DNA of 64,000 bases from Octopus vulgaris (taxonomy: Eukaryota), in the NCBI GenBank assembly GCA_951406725.2, contig OX597822.1, positions 61,752,001-61,816,000 on the forward strand. Direction: 5' to 3'. Both the position numbers and the translations under genes were made by a program. Below the pieces are notes generated by a model. The model saw nothing but the letters and a program-made list of their open reading frames with translations. It was not told the DNA's origin and made no database searches. Of the stretch, positions 28,916 through 42,044 are shown one piece after another (position 1 is the first letter of the stretch; every line of letters begins with the position of its first letter).

Positions 28916-29029
28916 TTTGTGTGAGCGAGCGCGCATGTGTATATTCATATATTGCATGGTGTAGATGTGGAGGTAGGAAACGTAGCTCGTGGAACAATTT
29001 ACTTTCAACATTAGCAAGATCGGTCCACC

Positions 29030-30035
29030 CCCAAGTCTACTCAGAGACGGAATAATTTTACCTGCCAGGGTAACAGCTATAGGTTAATTAGCATATCACG
29101 GAAATAAACTTCTGGAAAGTTTTACAGATTTTTACAGTTCCAGTGATTGACAGGATCTGTAGTCTTCGAATTATCTTTCTCCTTTCTGCTTTTGAGAAGC
29201 CTAATTTTCTAAGATTGGCATTTAGGCAGTGAGTTACATATTCCAGGGCTCCAATAATTACATGTATAAACTTGAACTTGTAATCTGGATACAGTAACTA
29301 CAGATTTCTCAATAGTTCAGTGTAGGTATTCTCTTTTTCACTAATCTTCAGCCTCATGTTAACATCGGCTGGGCAGCTAATTTCCACGACTGTACACAGT
29401 TTCTCTTCTCTATCCCAAATCATTATATCAGGTCTGTCGTGCTTACATTTTATTGAGGTCTTCATTGGTACATTCCACCAGTATTCCTTTTTATTATGAG
29501 TAGCTATGGCTTCTACCATATTGTGGGTTCTTATTTCTTTGTCCTCGGGATTATCCTTCCGACGGATTTCATTATAGAGTGTCCCAGCTACAACGTCATG
29601 TTTCATTGATAGATATAACAGTGATAACATTTTCGGAGAACTGCTTATGATGTGGGTGATATCTTCAGTGTGAAATCCACAAAGTCTGCATCGGTTGACA
29701 CATTTTACGGATTTTTCTTCATCTCTATCCCTTTTATGTATCAGGTACTTGGTTGATATTTCCTGTTCCTGGATTGCAAACGCATACCCTTTGAAGTGGG
29801 AGGTAGGAATCCGGCTATTGGTCCATGATAGACTGCTTTGATGATCAGTGTTACTATCATCTCGTAGCTTTCTACTAACATATCCATGCATAGTCTGCTG
29901 CTCATATATGTTCGTCCTTTCATCTGAAGATACTTTTGTAGTAGAGTCGTGTGACTTCTTTGAGCATGTATTTAGGGTTATCAGATAATGTTGCTCAAAG
30001 AGCTGCCTTCCTAGTCTTATGATGTTATCAGCTCC
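29030..30035 (-). mobile_element. 3' fragment of an RLE-type non-LTR retrotransposon (R4/Dong-like)
   Basis: ORF 29298-29891: AIQEQEISTK, CRLC...EDITHII, KHD, RPDIMIWD...VEISCP (zinc knuckle plus restriction-like endonuclease). Confidence 0.85.
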
Positions 30036-30149
30036 ATGTATGTATGTATGTATGTACGTATGTATGTATGTATGTATGTATGTATGTATGTATGTATGTA
30101 TGTATGTATGTATGTATGTATGTATGTGTGTATGTATGCATGTAAATTG

Positions 30150-30662
30150 ATAACAGAAGGGTAAAATTTATCAATTAAATTAATTAATTAATTAAACAAT
30201 TAATAAACAATTTTGCCAAGTAGATCGGTACGTTAAAATAACCTTTATAGGTAAAATTATCCACATAATTATAATTTGGGTTCAGCTAACTGCTTCACCA
30301 CATAGCGAAATTAGAAATAGGAGTTAAAATTCCTTTCCTGCTACTATAAGAATCTCCATGATGGTAAACATACTTTTTTACGAAGGCAAAGAGAAAAACA
30401 ATGAATCAACATGACCAGGATTAATTATATACGCTTTTCGAGATTAAAATAATTTGAATTTTATACTGAAGAGAGAAGCAAGTTAAATTCAAATTACTTT
30501 AATCTCGAAGCGCGCATATAATTAATCCTGGTCTTGTTGATTCATTGTTTTTCTCTTTGCCTTCGTAAAAAAGTATGTTTACCATCATAGAGATTCTTAT
30601 AGTAGCAGGAAAGGAATTTTAACTCCTATTTCTAATTTCGGTATGTGGTGAAGCAGTTAGCT
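30150..30662. mobile_element. PLE-type pseudo-LTRs in inverted arrangement (about 180-bp hairpin)
   Basis: Arms 30284-30462 and 30484-30662 are nearly identical inverted copies; hammerhead motif inside. Confidence 0.7.
30461..30521 (+). ncRNA. Type I hammerhead-like motif (G15.1/C16.1 variant)
   Basis: TTATA-CTGAAGA-[GAGA...TCTC]-GAAG-CGCG-CA-TATAA; the opposite arm reads GAAA-AGCG-TA. Confidence 0.65.
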
Positions 30663-30954
30663 AATTATGTATGTATGTATGTATGTATGTATGTATGTAT
30701 GTATGTATGTATGTATGTATGTATGTATGTATGTATGTATGTATGTATGTATGCATGTATGTATGTATGTATGTATGTATGTATGTATGTATGTATGTAT
30801 GTATGTATGTATGTATGTATGTATGTATGTATGTATGTATGAGTTCTTATGCGAGGTTTTATACGAGTTTTCCATAAAACTTGGGAGAAAAGAACAATGC
30901 CTTTTACAAAAATGCTATATCTTTCCCTTAAATGTGCTGATGATGCTAATATTA

Positions 30955-31880
30955 ATTCAAAATTTTAGCATAAGGCCAGAAAGTTCTGGGAGATAGAGTA
31001 AGTCGATTTCATGTACCCAGTGTTTAAATGGTACTTATTTTCTCGAATCTGAAAGGATGAAAGGCAAAGTCGACCTCGGTGGAATTTGAACTCAGAATAT
31101 GAAAACCGACGAAACGCTGCTAAGCATTTCGCTCGGTGTGCAATCGATTCTTATTTCTTTATTGCCCACAAGGGGCTAAACATAGAGGGGACAGACAAGG
31201 ATAAAGGAACGGATTAAGTCGATTACATCGACCCCATTACGTAACTGGTACTTAATTTATCGACCCCGAAAGGATGAAAGGCAATGTCGACCTCGGCGGA
31301 ATTTGAATTCAGAACATAAAGACAGACGAAATACCTATTTCTTTACTACCCACAAGGGGCTAAACACAGAGAGGACAAACGGATTGAGTCGATTACATCG
31401 ACCCCAATGCGTAACTGGTAATTATTTAATCGACCCCGAAAGGATGAAAAGCAAAGTCGACCTCGGCGGAATTTGAACTCAGAACGCAGCGGCAGACGAA
31501 ATACCTATTTCTTTACTACCCACAAGGGGCTAAACACAGAGGAGACAAACAAGGACAGACGAAATACCTCTAAGCATTTCGCCCGGCGTGCTAACGTTTC
31601 TGCCAGCTCGCCGCCTTGTGTGTGCAAACGATTCTGCTTGCTCACTGCCTTTCATGATGCTAATATTCATTTAAAATTTTGGCGCAAGGCCAGCAAGTTC
31701 AGGTGAGGTCTTAAGGCGACTGCATAGACCTCAGTGTTCCACTGGTACCTATTTTATCGAGCCAGAAAGGATGAAAGGCAAAGTTAACCACGGTGGAATT
31801 TGAACTTAGGACGTGAAGCCCGATGTAATGCCGCTAAGCATTTTGTCCGGTGTGTTAACGATTTTGCCAACTTACAGCCT
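30955..31880 (-). mobile_element. SINE-A cluster, including a copy with about 2.4 modules (31150-31617)
   Basis: Repeated TATTTCTTTA(C/T)T(A/G)CCCACAAGGGGCTAAAC...GACGAAATACC. Confidence 0.8.
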
Positions 31881-32504
31881 TTTTGATGGTGCTAATATTA
31901 ACAGGAAGTGTAGATACTCTTGGACTCCTGGCCGTTACAACACATCAAATTTCTAAGGTTATACTTTGCTCTAGAAACTGACTAATGTACAAAAGAGACA
32001 GAAGAATTTAAACCCTCCAATGATGCAACTAAAATTATTGATTGTCACATTTCTCCAGGCGATATTACATACGTAATCAACAGTTCTCTCAAAATGTTAT
32101 CAATGTACTACTTTTCATTGCTGTATGATGTTGTTAAAACAATATATAATGCCACCCGTAGGAAAACTACTCTGAAATGATTATAGACAATTCCTCTCTT
32201 ATTGATACAACAATACATCTAAAAACAACGAAATACCTGATATAATTATTCATATAGTTGGAAAAGATCAATCATAGCTCTCAGCTGCCCTGTGGATGTG
32301 AACACTTTTTCCAAATCAGAGGGAAGATATTTCTGTACAAGCGCTTCAGAACCTACTGCGTCTGGTCTTAACGATAATTTCACATTTATACCACAAATCA
32401 TTGCCGCATACTTAACTATATTAGTAAATATGTAAGTGATAATCTTCAAAATGCTAAAGTTTCCGAACAAAAAACGTGAACAGCTATCACGAATTTTACA
32501 AATA

Positions 32505-32900
32505 TTCTTTTCTACTCTAGGCACACGGTCCGAAATTCTTGGGGAGGGACCGGTCGATTAGATCGACCCCAGTACGCAATTGGTATTTAATTTATCGACC
32601 CCGAAAGGATGAAAGGCAAATTCAACCTCGGCGGAATTTCTGCCAGCTCTCCGCCATACGGATTTTACAAATATTTTACAAATATTTACAAATATTCTTT
32701 TCTACTCTAGGCACAAGTTCCGAAATTTTTGGAGAGAGGGGGCTGGTCGATTAGATCGACTCCAGTACGCAACTTAATTTATCGACTCTGAATGGATGAA
32801 AGCAAAGTGGACCTCGGCGAAATTTGAACTCAGAACGTAAAGACAGACCGCTAAGCCTTTTGCCCGGCATGCTAACGTTTCTGCCAACTCGCCGCCTTAC
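32505..32900 (-). mobile_element. Two tandem SINE-A copies
   Basis: Each begins ATTCTTTTCTACTCTAGGCAC on the plus strand. Confidence 0.8.
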
Positions 32901-33361
32901 GGATTTTACAAATATTAATTGTCAACGGGTACACTACAAATATAAAAGATTTTTCTAAAATACAACACGTAATACTTATCGACGGTGTTTTGTTTATTTG
33001 TGAGAAACCAGGTTCTTTCCTATATTATCAAAGCAAATAATTTTTTAAGTTCACCCAAGCATACGTGTATGTGAATGTGTATCTGAATGAATTGCAAAAT
33101 GTTTGCTTCTCAACCATATATGTATATATCTATGTGTGTTTGTCTTTGTGCTTTTGTTTGTCACCCATCACGGCTTGACAACCGGTGTCGATGGGTTTAC
33201 GTTGCCGTAATTTATCGGTTCGTTAAAAGATAATAGTACCAGGTTTTAAAAATATAAGCACTGGGGTCGATTCGTTCGACTAAAATTTTTCAAGAGACTG
33301 TCCCAGTGTGGTCGCAGTCTAATGACTAAAACAGGTAAAAGAATAAAAAAATACGCATATG

Positions 33362-33453
<92 letters not shown>

Positions 33454-33455
33454 TG

Positions 33456-33757
33456 TGGAGGCGCAATGGCCCAGTGTTTAGGGCAGCGGACTCGCGGTCG
33501 GAGGATCGCGGTTTCGATTCCCAGACCGGGCGTCGTGTGTTTATTGAGCGAAAACACCTAAAGCTCTACGAGGCTCCGGCAGGGGGTGGTGGCGACCCCT
33601 GTTGTATTCTTTGGCCCCAACTTTCTCTCACTCTTTCTTCCTGTTTCTTGAGTAACGCTGCGGAGGACTGGCGTCCCGTTCAGCTGGGGGGAACACATAC
33701 GCCATAGAAACCGGAAAACCGGCCCCATGAGCCTGGCAAGGCTTGAAAAGGGCGCAT
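33456..33757 (+). mobile_element. SINE family C with V-SINE-like tail
   Basis: C head followed by GCTGCG(G)AGGACTGGCGTCCCGTTCAG...GAAAAGGGCGCATA. Confidence 0.85.
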
Positions 33758-33806
33758 ATATATATATATATATGCGTTGTGTGCATGGTGTGTGTGTGAG
33801 TGTGTG

Positions 33807-33837
<31 letters not shown>

Positions 33838-33854
33838 ACATAATCTTTCGTAAA

Positions 33855-34410
33855 GTCACATGGCTCAGTGGTCAGAGCGTCGAGTTCACAATCATGAGGT
33901 AGTGATTTCGAATCCCGGACCCGGATTGTGTGTTGTGTTCTTCAGCAAGGAGCTTTATTTCACGTTGCTCCAGTTCACTCAGCTGTAGAAATGAGTTGCG
34001 ACGTCATTGGTCCCAAGCTGTATCATCGTTTGACTTTTCCTTGGATAACATCAATGGCACGGAGAGGGGAGGCTGGTATGCATGGGCGACTGTTGGTCTT
34101 CTATAAACGAAGTTGTATGGACTTATGCCTCAGAGGGTAACTTTCTTTGAGCCATACTCGTGGAAAAATATTGGATAGGCGGAAGCTGTACAGAAGCCTA
34201 AAACTGGATAGGCGGAAGCTATATAGAAGCCCGTAAGGTGAATTGCACCTGTGATTCAAAAAGTACGTGCTTATCACACACTGAGTCACGCTCATTCTTC
34301 CTGAGAATTACGTTGAGTTAAAGTGTCTTTGGAATGCTCAGTTACTTGCACGCAAAAATTCAGAAACAGGGAATTCAGCTGATCAAACATCTGAATCCTT
34401 ATCGTTGAAC
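33855..34410 (+). mobile_element. SINE family D, long form
   Basis: TGGCTCAGTGGTCAGAGCG...TTCGAATCCC head; TTTCACGTTGCTCCAGTTCACTCAGCTG body. Confidence 0.6.
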
Positions 34411-34428
34411 GACAGAGATCCACCGCGG

Positions 34429-34737
<309 letters not shown>

Positions 34738-34740
34738 TAT

Positions 34741-34863
34741 GACTCTGACGATGGTAGCATTAATTTTCTGAAGTCGTTCAATTTACTTCAATTGATCAGT
34801 AGACCAATTGAGTAAACCTATCAGGAATGTACTTATAGTAGCTACTGGAAACAGCTGTAAGCC
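34741..34863 (+). ncRNA. Type I hammerhead motif with 96-nt stem II domain
   Basis: GACT-CTGACGA-[TGGTAGC...GCTACTG]-GAAA-CAGCTG-TA-AGCC. Confidence 0.7.
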
Positions 34864-34922
34864 AGATTTGCTCTAATAAAGGAAACATATGTAATGACCA
34901 TTATTTTATACTTATTTCTTAT

Positions 34923-34956
<34 letters not shown>

Positions 34957-34986
34957 GGACAGACGGACTGGCAGACAGACAGACAT

Positions 34987-35061
<75 letters not shown>

Positions 35062-35268
35062 TACCTGGGCGTGCTATTATTTTAGAGATAATATGTATGG
35101 TTATATTTTGACAACTGAAAGCTTCAATATTTCGTGGTGACTAGCAGTTTGATCTATGAAGATTAACGGCTCGGAATGAAAACATCGGTCACATATAAAA
35201 TATTGAAACACGTAATTTGCGAAATTATCTGAACAGTAGTATTGTGTTGTACATCCTAATTATTACAT

Positions 35269-35394
<126 letters not shown>

Positions 35395-36004
35395 ATCTTA
35401 CTTGAAAATGGATGCTTGGGGCTCAGGCAAATGTGTACATATATAGATATGTGTACACACACACACACACACACATATATATATGTATAATTTATATCTT
35501 ATATATATATATAAATATATGTATTCATATATATATGAATACATATATATATGAATACACCGCTTTACGTGTGTATTTGTATTTATGTTTGTTTTTATGT
35601 TCAGGTATAATAAAAGTAATTTTGCATTAATCTGATAGATTGCTCTACACTTTTATAGAGTTCAAATTTATTATTCTTAAGCATGTTCTTGACGGTAACT
35701 TCCAACAGTGTGTATGTATGTATGTATGTATGTATGTATGTATGTATGTATGTATGTATGTATGTATGTATGCATGCATGTGTGTATGTATGTCTGTCTG
35801 TATGTATGTATGTATACATGCATGTATGTATGTATGCATATATGCATGTATGCATGAATGTATATTGTTTGCTTTATGGTAGGATACACACACACACACA
35901 CACACACAAAACAATTTAACTTTATGCTAAAAGATCACTCAATACTTTGTAGTAAAAATACGTGCTTATTACACTTTAACAAATAAAAGAGTGTACCTTC
36001 GAAG

Positions 36005-36077
<73 letters not shown>

Positions 36078-36113
36078 CGTGTGTGTATGCATTTAGGTTT
36101 GGCTATATGTGCT

Positions 36114-36144
<31 letters not shown>

Positions 36145-36226
36145 GTGTGGATGTATATGTGTGTGTGAGTTTGTGCGTGTGCGTGTATATGTGTGTGTGC
36201 ATGTGTGTGTGCGTGAGTGTGTGTGT

Positions 36227-36296
<70 letters not shown>

Positions 36297-36452
36297 ATGT
36301 TCGTTTATTTGCTTCCTTGTAAGTCGGCGCTTCTGCAAAAGCGGACGACAGAATAAGGTTTAAGATATAAGTACGGGGATCGAATTGTTCGACTATCCAA
36401 CCATTCAAGGCGAAGCCTTAATATTTACACACATATGCACACGCACACGCGT

Positions 36453-36500
<48 letters not shown>

Positions 36501-36863
36501 GCACACATACACACACACATACACACACACACGCAAACACACACACACACACACATACACACACACACACACACAAGCACACAGATATACCAAGATACTA
36601 CGTAAACTACGTATGAGCTTAAAGTTCCACGCAAAAACACTTTTCAAACTTTTACACGAAACTCTACGTCTCTACAAACTTATAATCTATGCTAATATAT
36701 AAAAAAAAATTCAACTTTATGTACCATGTTCTTTTATTCCTGTTTGTAAAATCAAAACTAATATTCATGAATATTTAGACATATATGAAGGTACATACTC
36801 ATGTATCTATTACTATATATATATATACATGTGTGTATATGTGTTTGTGTACTTATATATACA

Positions 36864-36928
<65 letters not shown>

Positions 36929-36949
36929 TCATATATATTTATATATGAC

Positions 36950-36985
<36 letters not shown>

Positions 36986-37147
36986 TATGTATTTGTTTTG
37001 CAAGATTCTTGATGTGAAAACGTGTGTTGAAACAGGTATTGTTATACTTGGGGATGGTCATCTTTTGCCACTTAAATACACGCACTATATATTTGATCTT
37101 CACTTAAGCCGAATGTGTGACAAAAGAACTCTGACAATCAAACTAGC

Positions 37148-37203
<56 letters not shown>

Positions 37204-37331
37204 TGATGATAATAATAATAATAATAATAATGAAGCTGATGATGATGATGATGATGATGATGACGATGATGAAGTGAAGATTAAATGGATCGTGCCTGTG
37301 TTTAATAAGGAAAAGAGGACCATCCCCAAAT

Positions 37332-37386
<55 letters not shown>

Positions 37387-37472
37387 CGCGCGCACACACA
37401 CACACACATACACACACACACACATATATATTTATATATATATATATATACACACACATATATGTATGTATA

Positions 37473-37626
37473 GGCGGAGGAGTGGCTGTGTGGTAAGTAG
37501 CTTGCTTACCAACCACATTGTTCCGGGTTCAGTCCTACTGCGTGACACATTGGGCAAGTGTCTTCTATTATAGACAAAGCCTTGTGAGTGGATTTGGTAG
37601 ACGGAAACTGAAAGAAGCCCGTCGTA

Positions 37627-37669
<43 letters not shown>

Positions 37670-37812
37670 ATGTGTGTATGTTTCTGTGTCTGTCCCCCCA
37701 ACATCGCTTGACAACCGATGCTGGTGTATATACGTCCCCGTAAATTAGCGGTTCGGCAAAAGAGACCGATAGAATAAATACTAGGCTTACAAAGATTAAG
37801 TCCTGGGGTCGA
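37473..37812 (+). mobile_element. SINE family B
   Basis: Head, internal (TA)n and body; an inverted tail fragment follows at about 37840-37905. Confidence 0.8.
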
Positions 37813-37995
37813 TTATATATATATATATTTGCATATATTCTTTTACTTGTTTCAGTCATTTGACTGTGGCCACGCTGGAGCACCGCCTTTAGTCGAGCAA
37901 ATCGATATACATATATATAGACACGCACTCACATAGTCATGCATATATCGATAATCTTTATGTATGTGTGTGTGTTTGTGTGCGTGCGTGCGTGC

Positions 37996-38048
<53 letters not shown>

Positions 38049-38184
38049 CTTGTAGCTGGTAGGTGATATATAACGAAATTTTAAACAACTAATAACTTAC
38101 CTGCTTGATAGCCCGAGATGTCTTTTCCTGCACAACTTATGTTTTACTGCGTGCACATCTCTAAGTGTGGCCTTCCGTGTCGGA

Positions 38185-38215
<31 letters not shown>

Positions 38216-38399
38216 TGTATGTATGTATGTATGTATGTATGTATGTATGTATGTATCTGGGTCTGTGTGCTTGTGTGGGTGGGTGTATATAAGTGTGTAG
38301 GTATTCAGTTTATATAAATGGATGGATGTGTTGGTTTTTGTAAATGTTTTGGATCGTAAATATTCGTCGTATATAAAAGTAGAATGTTATCGGGATTTA

Positions 38400-38834
38400 T
38401 AGCAGCGGTAGTTGTATCAGTAATAGAAATGGTAGTAGTAGTAGTAGTAGTATATAAGCAGTATATTATTTTTTGTAGTAGTAGTAGTGGTGGTGGTGGT
38501 GGTGGTGGTAGTAGAGGCGGCAGTAGAAATAGTGGTGGTGGTGGTAGTATTGTGGTGGTATGGTGGTGGTAGTGGAGGTGGTGGTAGAAATAGCGGTATG
38601 GTGATGGTGTTGATGGTATTGGTTGTAGAAATAGTGATGACAGTGGTGTTGTTGTTGTTGGTGGTGGTGGTTGTTGTGGTGGTCGTGGTGGTGGTAGTAG
38701 AAATAGTGGTGATGCTAGTTGTGGTAGTGGCGGTGATTTATTTATTATTATTTTTTTTTTTTGCTGTCAATATAAGATACTGGTTCTGCTCTTGTTGCGC
38801 TCCGTTTTATTCGTTATGTAGTAGTAGTAGTAGT

Positions 38835-38902
<68 letters not shown>

Positions 38903-38982
38903 CAGCAGCAGCAGTAGTAGTGGTGGTAGTAGTAGTAGTAGCAGCAGCAGCAGCAGTAGTAGTGGTGGTAGTAGTAGTAGTA

Positions 38983-39017
<35 letters not shown>

Positions 39018-40110
39018 CTGGTTGTAGTGGTGGTGGCGGTGGCGGTTGTGGTGGTGGTGGTGGTGGTGGTGGTGGTGGTGGCTGTGGTAATTGTAGTTTC
39101 CTCGTTTCGTTGTTTATGTCGCCCGTCACCGTTTTAATATCACCGCTACCCCTTGATGCTATTCTTGTCCCTGTTTTCTGTCACTTATTGCTGACGATGG
39201 TAATGGCGGCGGCGGCGGCGGCGGTGGTGGTGGTGGTGGTGGTGGTGGTGAGGGAGATGATGATGCTGGTGGAGGCAACAGAGGTTGTGGTTGTTGGTAG
39301 TTGTGATAGTTACGGTAATGATGATGATGATGATGATGATGGTGGCAGCGATGATGATGGTGCTAGGGTAGGTGTTGATGGAGGTAAACACAATCGTGAT
39401 GTCAGCATTGGTGGTGGTGGTGGTGGTGGTGATGGTGGTGGTGACGGCGTTAGAAATGGTGGTGGTGGTTGTGGAAATAGCGGTGATGGTGGTGGTGCTG
39501 GTGCTGGTGCTGGTGGCGATGGTGGTGGTGGAAATAGCGGTGATGGTGGTGGTGGTGTTGGTGATGTTGGTGTTTGGTGGTGGTGATGGTAGTAGTGGTG
39601 GTGATGGTAGTGGCCTCGGTGTTGGTGGTGGTGGTGGTGGTGGTGGTGGTCGTGGTCGTCGACAGTGCCGGTAAGGAAGTTAGTAATGGTGACAGTGATG
39701 ACAAAGGTGGATGCTGGTTATTGTGATGGTTTCGTAGCTGTCACAGTGATGGGGGTAGCGATGGTGGTGATGCTGGTCACGGTGGTTGATGGAGGAGAAT
39801 TTGTTATTAGTGATGGAAGTAGTAGCTTTCGTGGCTGTACTGGTGTTTAATGGTGGTGGTGGTGGTGGTGGTGGTAGTGGTGGTTTTGGTGGTGATGGTG
39901 GTTTTGGTGGTGGTGGTGGTGGTAGTGATTGTGTGGTGGGGTAGCATTTCTAGGGATGTTTCGATGCTGTTCTTGTGTTGTTGCTGACTGTCAACCCTAA
40001 CGCGTAGACCCAATATTCAAAGACATTACAACCGTGGCCATCTCATATTTTCTTCAGGCATAATGCATTTGTTGTTGGTAGACATGGTAATAGACTCATT
40101 GATGTAGTTG

Positions 40111-40142
<32 letters not shown>

Positions 40143-40200
40143 GGTGATGGCGGCGGTGGTAGTGTCGTCGTTGTCATCGTCGTGATGCTACTGTAGCTGT
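38400..40200. repeat. Degenerate (GGT/AGT/GAT)n trinucleotide low-complexity field
   Basis: About 1.8 kb of G/T-skewed triplet repeats. Confidence 0.9.
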
Positions 40201-40519
40201 TACAGTCATCTTCTTCTTCTTCTTCAAATCAGGACTCACGCCATTAGCCACAAAGAATAATCTCTAATTCGAGCCTGCTCTAAGCTACTAAGAATGCGTG
40301 TGGCAACTTGAAGATCCACGCACAACACGCGTTAGACTGGCGGTTGCACGGGCGCGAAAGCTACGTTGTTATCCTCATTCCGTAAACGGTGGCTTTTAAT
40401 GGGTGGAGAGCTGAACCATCCTGGTGTACAGAGGATTCGCAATCTAGACTAGGGTCTGAAAGTTTGCCACACCATAGTAAGTTACACTATGGTTCCTCTG
40501 CTTTGTGGCAGTAGTAGAA

Positions 40520-40703
40520 AGAAAGAGTGAGAGAAAGTTGTGGTGAAAGAGTGCAGCGGGGTTCACCACCACCTTCCGCTGGAGGCTCGTGGAGCTTAGG
40601 TGTTTTTGCTCAATAAACACTCACAATGCCCGGTCTAGGAATCGAAACCGCGTTCTTACGACTACGAGTCCGCTGCCCTAACCACTGGACCATTGCGCCT
40701 CCA
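40520..40703 (-). mobile_element. SINE family C head fragment
   Basis: Matches 4390-4571. Confidence 0.8.
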
Positions 40704-41399
40704 CACTGTTGATGTTACTACAGATGGTGATTAGGAATTTTGATCGAGGTGTTCCAACAGTATTCCTTATCACCCTCTTTGCCTAGAGGTGCCTTGGACA
40801 ACATTATTTAATGTGTCATTTCCAGTATATAAAACGTTTCTTATTTCTATGAAGGAAGGGGCTGATTGAAGAACAGGTAGATTTAGCTGCTCTTTCCACC
40901 AGGTCGAACGGCCACATAGATGCATAAAATGTAAGATGATTGCTGAAGACGCTAGATGTGAACGAGGTCACTTCTGATTAAATGGATTTCTTACATTTGA
41001 CCATTCTGATCTTTTGGATTGTTTAATACGTTCTACCTTTTTTTTTTTTTTTAAGTAAAGAATTACACAAAAAAAAAAGTGTGAGAGTAAGAGTGAGAGG
41101 AGGAGAGAGGGAGAGAGACAAAGAAACGATGTAATGTGACGATAAGAGGAATGTTGGTTCTTATTTTTGTCAGGTCGAATGACCATGAAGAGAGTTTCTC
41201 ATTGGTTTCTATTGTTTTTGTTATTGCCGTTTTTGCTGCTAGTTCTAGGTCAGCCATGATGTAATTTATCCATTATCAACAGCATTCAAATCACGACTAT
41301 CACCTTTTACATTCAGATAAAGTTCGTCTAGGTCCACATCATCATACATACATGGGTTTGTATTTTGTTAAAGATGATAGAGTATATGGTTTGATGTAT

Positions 41400-41782
41400 T
41401 CTTTTCTACTCTAGGCACAAGACCCAAAATATTTGGGGAGGGGGCAGTCGATTAGATCGACACCAGTACGAAACTGGTACTTAATTGATCGATCCCGAAA
41501 GGATAAAAGGCAAAGTCGACATGGAGGGAATTTGAACTCAAAACGTAGCGGCAAACGAAATACAGCTAAGCATTTCACCCGGCGTGCTAACATTTCTTTT
41601 TTTATTGCCCACAAGGGGCTAAACATACATGGGACAAACAAGAACAGACAAAGGGATTAAGTCGATTACATCGACCCCAGTGCGTAACTGGTACCTAATT
41701 TATCGACCAAGAAAAAGAGCAAAGTGGACCTCGGCGGAATTTCAACTCATAGCATAAAGACTGACGAAATACAGCTAAGCAT
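41400..41782 (-). mobile_element. SINE-A copies
   Basis: Two modules carrying the two tail types. Confidence 0.75.
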
Positions 41783-42044
41783 GTTATTGGAGCTGCATTC
41801 TTTTTTGTCTGTTTGTACGCATGCGTGTGCGACAGTATGCATGTGTGCTTGTGTATGTATAAAAGATATATATATATATATATATATTAGAAGAAATGAG
41901 GTAATCAGAAGATCGGATGGTTCATATTTATAGATATTTATTTATATATTACATTTTTTACATATATATATCATATCATTCAGATTATTAGCGCTTTCTC
42001 CCATTCCAGTGGGGTTTTCAAATCAAATCATATATATATATATA

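Noticed and set aside
29030-30040. Microsatellite target specificity of the R4/Dong-like fragment
   Set aside because: Only the truncated 5' side abuts (ATGT)n; no (TAA)n target is visible at the 3' end
32246-32524. Possible host exon (92-aa minus ORF; plus-strand AG...GTAAGT pair)
   Set aside because: No recognisable protein similarity; the ORF begins in a SINE; splice signals are at chance level
38384-40013. Val/Gly/Ser/Pro-rich ORFs
   Set aside because: Trinucleotide low-complexity DNA open in several frames on both strands, with no domain or splice support
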